A stretch of DNA of 64,000 bases, taken from the IMG/VR virus record IMGVR_UViG_3300050821_018287, positions 28,258-92,257 of that record, one strand, 5' to 3'. Source of the DNA: a virus. Of this stretch, positions 60,391 to 64,000 are shown piece after piece. The first letter of the stretch is position 1, and every line of letters begins with the position of its first letter. Position numbers and translations under genes: made by a program. The notes beneath the pieces were generated by a model that was given only the letters and a program-made list of their open reading frames with translations, was not told where the DNA came from and ran no database searches.

Positions 60391-61683
60391 CTAGGTGCTT
60401 GTTGCTGGCCTGCGGTCCACCACGATCGCCTCGCCCCAAGGGGCCGGCGCCTGCGTCCCGCCGATGAGGACCCAGATGACCTTCATCCCCGCCGGGGGCT
60501 GAGCCGGCGCCGGGCCGTACCCATCCGTGCAGAAAACGAACACGGAAGGCCGCGGGGTGGTCCGCTCCACGGCTGCGAAGATGGGGCGGAAGTCGGTGCC
60601 TCCGCCCCCCTTCAACATCCCCAGGAGCTGTTTGTAATGGCGGACCTTCGCCTTGACATGGACCTCCGCGTCGCAGGCGAGGAAGTCCACCTGCGCGCCG
60701 ACCGCACTGAGGATGCCCTTCGACTCACGGAGCGCTTCCTCCAGCTCCGCCGTCCCCATCGAGCCCGAGGTGTCGATGCCGATGGCCACCTGGGGGATCG
60801 GCGCGCGAAGCGCCGGGAGGATGGGGAAGCCGGGCCCGTAGCCGAGGGCTGCTTGACGCCGGGACGGCTTCGAGTAGGAGTAGTCCACGGCACCGGCCTT
60901 GAAGGCGACCGCGGAACGGCAGGCCCGCGCCAGCTTCGTCTGCCAGGGGATGTGTGGGGGCCCCAACATCACCTCCGCCCACCGAGCCAGGCCCGCCGGG
61001 ACGGTGCCCCGGGACTTGCTCGCCTCCTCGCGAATGGCCTCCGCGGTCTGCTTCGCCACCCGCTTCTGCTCCACCTCCGAACGGCCCATGCCCGGCGGCA
61101 GATTCGCCTCCTCCGGGAGCGGGTTGCCGGCAACTCCGCCGCACTTCCCGTTTCCGGGACCCTTCGGCCCTTTCGTGCCGGAGATCTGCCCGGAGCCGTC
61201 TGCGTCGCCTTCACCACCTTCCCCGTCTCCGCTGCCCGACATCCGCACCTTCTGCGCGTGCTGTCGGATGGAGTGGTAGTACTCCTCGAACAGAAGCCCA
61301 TCCTTCATCGGGGGCTTCAGCTTCGAGGGGAGGCACGGATCTACGGGAAGCTTCCCCTTCGCATTGATGATGTCGTCGTTGATCTCACAGTCCTCGGCGA
61401 TGTTGGCGAGCTGCGGATCGAAGTTGTTGTCACGGCACCGTGCGTGGTGACCTCGGATGTAGTGGCTGACCTCGTGGATGATCGCCCACGCCGTCGCCTC
61501 CACCGTCCACTCCCGGTTGTTCACCAGCTCCGGGTCGTACATCATCACCGCCTTCTCGGAGACCGCGAACGTTCCCAGGCCCGGAGTCGGGTAGGGGATG
61601 AGCTGGAAGATGGCGGTGGTGAAGTAGGGAGCCTTCACAGTTGCCATCAGCCGCGCGGAGGCCAGCCAGTCTTTCGCGTTCAT
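60391..61683 (-). CDS. HExxH metallopeptidase-like plus vWA domain protein
   Basis: IIHEVSHYIRGH, NIAEDCEIN, PSRR, IDTSGSM (MIDAS), GGGGTDF, FCTDGY. Confidence 0.85.
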   Translation of the reverse strand: MNAKDWLASARLMATVKAPYFTTAIFQLIPYPTPGLGTFAVSEKAVMMYDPELVNNREWTVEATAWAIIHEVSHYIRGHHARCRDNNFDPQLANIAEDCEINDDIINAKGKLPVDPCLPSKLKPPMKDGLLFEEYYHSIRQHAQKVRMSGSGDGEGGEGDADGSGQISGTKGPKGPGNGKCGGVAGNPLPEEANLPPGMGRSEVEQKRVAKQTAEAIREEASKSRGTVPAGLARWAEVMLGPPHIPWQTKLARACRSAVAFKAGAVDYSYSKPSRRQAALGYGPGFPILPALRAPIPQVAIGIDTSGSMGTAELEEALRESKGILSAVGAQVDFLACDAEVHVKAKVRHYKQLLGMLKGGGGTDFRPIFAAVERTTPRPSVFVFCTDGYGPAPAQPPAGMKVIWVLIGGTQAPAPWGEAIVVDRRPATST

Positions 61684-61964
61684 GAAATCTCCTCGGGGGT
61701 GGGGAAGGGGAGCAGCTTGGGAACGAAGTTGGCGCGGACCACCGGCAACGGCTCCACCCGCTTCTGGTCGTCGAGGATGAACCCCACCAGCTCGGCCTGC
61801 TTCTTGATTTCGTCCCGCTTCTGCGTCAGCCGCAGGACGATCGTCGGGCTCGGCCTGGACATCAGCTTCGCCGTGGTGAGAGTGGTTTGGGCCTGGGCGA
61901 GCGCCACCTGGAGGTCTTCGAAAAGCCTCCCCAACGTCAGGTACTGCGGATTCGTCAGGTACAT
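61680..61964 (-). CDS. hypothetical protein
   Basis: AAAGGAG then ATG 61964. Confidence 0.6.
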   Translation of the reverse strand: MYLTNPQYLTLGRLFEDLQVALAQAQTTLTTAKLMSRPSPTIVLRLTQKRDEIKKQAELVGFILDDQKRVEPLPVVRANFVPKLLPFPTPEEIS

Positions 61965-62035
61965 GGTGTCTCCTTTGGGAGCGTGAGCGCTCCGGTGGAG
62001 CGCCCTCCGCGAAGAGGGCGCCCCGACCGCAATGC
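61965..62035 (-). repeat. structured intergenic repeat, copy C
   Basis: TTGCGGTC-GGGGCGCCCTC-TTCGCG-GAGGGCGCTCC-ACC-GGAGCG-CTCA-CGCTCC-CAAAGGAG. Confidence 0.75.
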
Positions 62036-63223
62036 TCAAGAAGCTTTGATTCCGGCGTTGTTGAGGATCGGCTGGAGCCGGACCAGCGCCGGCTGCGCCT
62101 CCTTCCCCACCGCCAACCCCGCTCGGGCCATGACGCGCCCCGCGGGCACCGCGACGTCCGCCGCCTCCTTCGAGACCTCATCAGTCAGGGTCCAGAAGAT
62201 GACCATGCGGCCCTTCTTCGCGTCCGGCTTCATCTTGTCCTTCTCCGCGACCATCAGCGCCGCGCAGGAGGAGAGGACCGCCGCCGTACGGTCCAGCCGC
62301 ATCGGATCGTGCTTGAACTTCACCTTCCCGTCGAGGACATCCCCCGGCTCGGGCAAGTCCTGCTTCGCGCGCCAGCCCATGAACTCGGCCGCCGCGCCGA
62401 CTCCGACGAAGGCGCCCAACAGCTCGTCTGCCACTGTCGCGTCCACCCCGTGCACTTCGCACGAAGCCAGCGCCCGCGCCGCGTACTCCCAGGTGCGGGG
62501 AGACGGCCACGCGCAGGAGGCTTCCGGCGAGCCGGCCGGCGGCATCTTCAAGAGCAGCTCCGGACGCGCCCGGACGAAGCCGGAGATGAGCCCCCGGGCA
62601 GCGGCCCACGGACCCGACCACGCCTCCATCACCCGCTCCTCCTCCTTCTCGGGGTTGATCACCTTTCCGTCCGGGGAGGTGCCGTTGCCCGAAGTCAGGA
62701 GCCAGTCACTCCACTCGGACGTGGAGGGAGTCCCCCACTTGATGTGGCCGAAGCGGTTGGCCAGCGGCATCGCCAAGTCCCACCCGCTCGCCGCCTCCTC
62801 GACAGAGTTTTGCGCCGCGCAGATCCGCACGGTGTCCGGCAGCTTCAAGTCCCCCACCACCGCGTCGGTGACGATGCGGAGGAAAGCGGCCTGCACCGCC
62901 GGGGGAGAGGTGTTCAGCTCGTCGGCGAAGATGAGCCCGTGCTTCGAAGCGGCGAGCCGCTCCGCCCACGGGGGAGCGAGCAAGGTGAGCTTCGTCCTGT
63001 CTCCGTCCTTCTTCTCGGGGACCTGGAGACCGCCGAAGTCGGAGGGCTCGCGGATGGAGGAGATCAGCACCTCCGCATCGAGGCTGCACAGCATCGCCTC
63101 CTGCTCCACGTTGGCCGTCTTGCCGGTGCCGGGGTGGCCTTCGAAGAGGAGGGGCAACCCCCAACGGTGTTTCGGGCCGGGGGTGAACCACGCGATTCGC
63201 AACAGCGTACGGATGAGGCTCAT
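62036..63223 (-). CDS. MoxR-like AAA+ ATPase
   Basis: GHPGTGKT, IFADELN, VQAAFL, AAQN, PLANRF, PSPRTWE. Confidence 0.88.
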   Translation of the reverse strand: MSLIRTLLRIAWFTPGPKHRWGLPLLFEGHPGTGKTANVEQEAMLCSLDAEVLISSIREPSDFGGLQVPEKKDGDRTKLTLLAPPWAERLAASKHGLIFADELNTSPPAVQAAFLRIVTDAVVGDLKLPDTVRICAAQNSVEEAASGWDLAMPLANRFGHIKWGTPSTSEWSDWLLTSGNGTSPDGKVINPEKEEERVMEAWSGPWAAARGLISGFVRARPELLLKMPPAGSPEASCAWPSPRTWEYAARALASCEVHGVDATVADELLGAFVGVGAAAEFMGWRAKQDLPEPGDVLDGKVKFKHDPMRLDRTAAVLSSCAALMVAEKDKMKPDAKKGRMVIFWTLTDEVSKEAADVAVPAGRVMARAGLAVGKEAQPALVRLQPILNNAGIKAS

Positions 63224-63301
63224 GGCGTTACCTTTCTTTCGTGGGAGCGGGATCGCTCCAGTGAGAGGCCGATTCGCTCGGCCCCTCGTGCAACCATCCC
63301 G
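63224..63301 (-). repeat. structured intergenic repeat, copy D
   Basis: TTGCAC-GAGGGGCCGA-GCGAA-TCGGCCTCTC-ACT-GGAGCG-ATCC-CGCTCC-CACGAAAGAAAGG. Confidence 0.8.
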
Positions 63302-64000
63302 CTACAACAGGTCCAGCACCTTCTGTGCGGTCGCGATCGTCAGCTCCCGGTTTGCGTCCGTCGTCTGCGTCGGGTTTCTCATCACAATGATGCACTCGCG
63401 GAGGGCGGAGTGGACCTGACCGATCGTTGCGTTGGTCCGGCGGAAGGTCTCGGAGCGCCCTTCAACGTGGATGCGCCCCGCGTCGCCGTGCGCCTCCTCG
63501 AAGCCGGGGGTGTGGATGGTCGTCAGTGCGTGCTTCAGAGCCGCGACGCGGAGCGCGTCGGTGGGCTGGGAGAGGGCCATGCTGCACGCGATGAGCTGCG
63601 CGCGCACCCCGCTCAACGTCTTCGTCATGTTAGTCACCTGCTCCCGGAGGGTGTCGATCTCGTTCATCATCCGGTCGCGCTCACCCGCCGCGGCTTCCGC
63701 CTCCTTCGAAGGAGCGTTGTAGCCGGGGACCTTCAGCTCAACCGCGCCCGGGGGCAGACCGCCTTCGACCTTCTGGAGGGTGAGCTGGATCCGTCCGTCG
63801 TACTTCTTCGCTTCGATCTCCGAGTCCACCTCATCGCGCCAGCTAGGGTGAGCCCGCTCGGTGTCGCCCAGGACCGCGTGACCGATCGGATGGGTGATCT
63901 TCCCATCAGCGACGACGCCCCAACGGTGGAGCGTCGCGAAGAGGTGCGCGTTGATGTCACTCCCGTGGACCGCGCCGATCCCGAGGGCTTCTTGCTGCCG
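63302..64000 (-). CDS. hypothetical protein, 5' end outside the window
   Basis: The frame of ORF 63302..63829 stays open to 64000 (RQQEALGIGAVHG...RDEVDSEIE). Confidence 0.55.
   Translation of the reverse strand, partial: RQQEALGIGAVHGSDINAHLFATLHRWGVVADGKITHPIGHAVLGDTERAHPSWRDEVDSEIEAKKYDGRIQLTLQKVEGGLPPGAVELKVPGYNAPSKEAEAAAGERDRMMNEIDTLREQVTNMTKTLSGVRAQLIACSMALSQPTDALRVAALKHALTTIHTPGFEEAHGDAGRIHVEGRSETFRRTNATIGQVHSALRECIIVMRNPTQTTDANRELTIATAQKVLDLL

Noticed and set aside
59148-63301. Repeats as a CRISPR array or integron attC sites
   Set aside because: Copies are separated by whole genes, diverge in sequence and lack GTTRRRY/RYYYAAC ends; no cas or integrase gene is in the window.

Overview
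A 64-kb segment of a high-GC (by eye roughly 68-70%) tailed dsDNA phage or prophage. Essentially all credible genes lie on the minus strand, and many are coupled by 1-4 nt stop/start overlaps. In transcription order (right to left): an early region with an AAA+ ATPase, a HExxH/vWA protein, a sigma factor, ParB-like and HTH genes; a replication module (SF2 helicase, initiator with internal iterons, DnaB-like helicase, primase, UDG-PolA fusion, HU, SSB, SbcCD-like pair, dTMP kinase); a DNA base-modification cluster (ParB, TET/JBP-type oxygenase, amino acid:DNA transferase-like protein, P-loop kinase, NPPY methylase); an array of 15 small coupled genes; then packaging and head genes (TerS, TerL, portal, gpF-like, scaffold, major capsid, head-tail joining). 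No integrase, rRNA, tRNA or CRISPR array was seen, and the host cannot be fixed from the sequence. Most notable observations: (1) a small early gene carries a protein-level conserved copy of the first ~34 residues of the phage's own major capsid protein, and other small genes carry baseplate-, sheath- and portal-like fragments; (2) these and about 20 other small proteins share an A-x-x-A/T-x-x-x-L helix, which suggests a modular decoy/adaptor system (inference); (3) four copies of a covarying RNA-like structure sit directly before early-gene ribosome-binding sites; (4) a ~450-nt structured, probably antisense, non-coding segment follows the capsid gene; (5) four small head-region paralogues end in an encapsulin-cargo-like peptide; (6) three consecutive genes, one clearly fibre-like, carry Sec signal peptides. 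All family calls come from motif recognition by eye; no database search was run.
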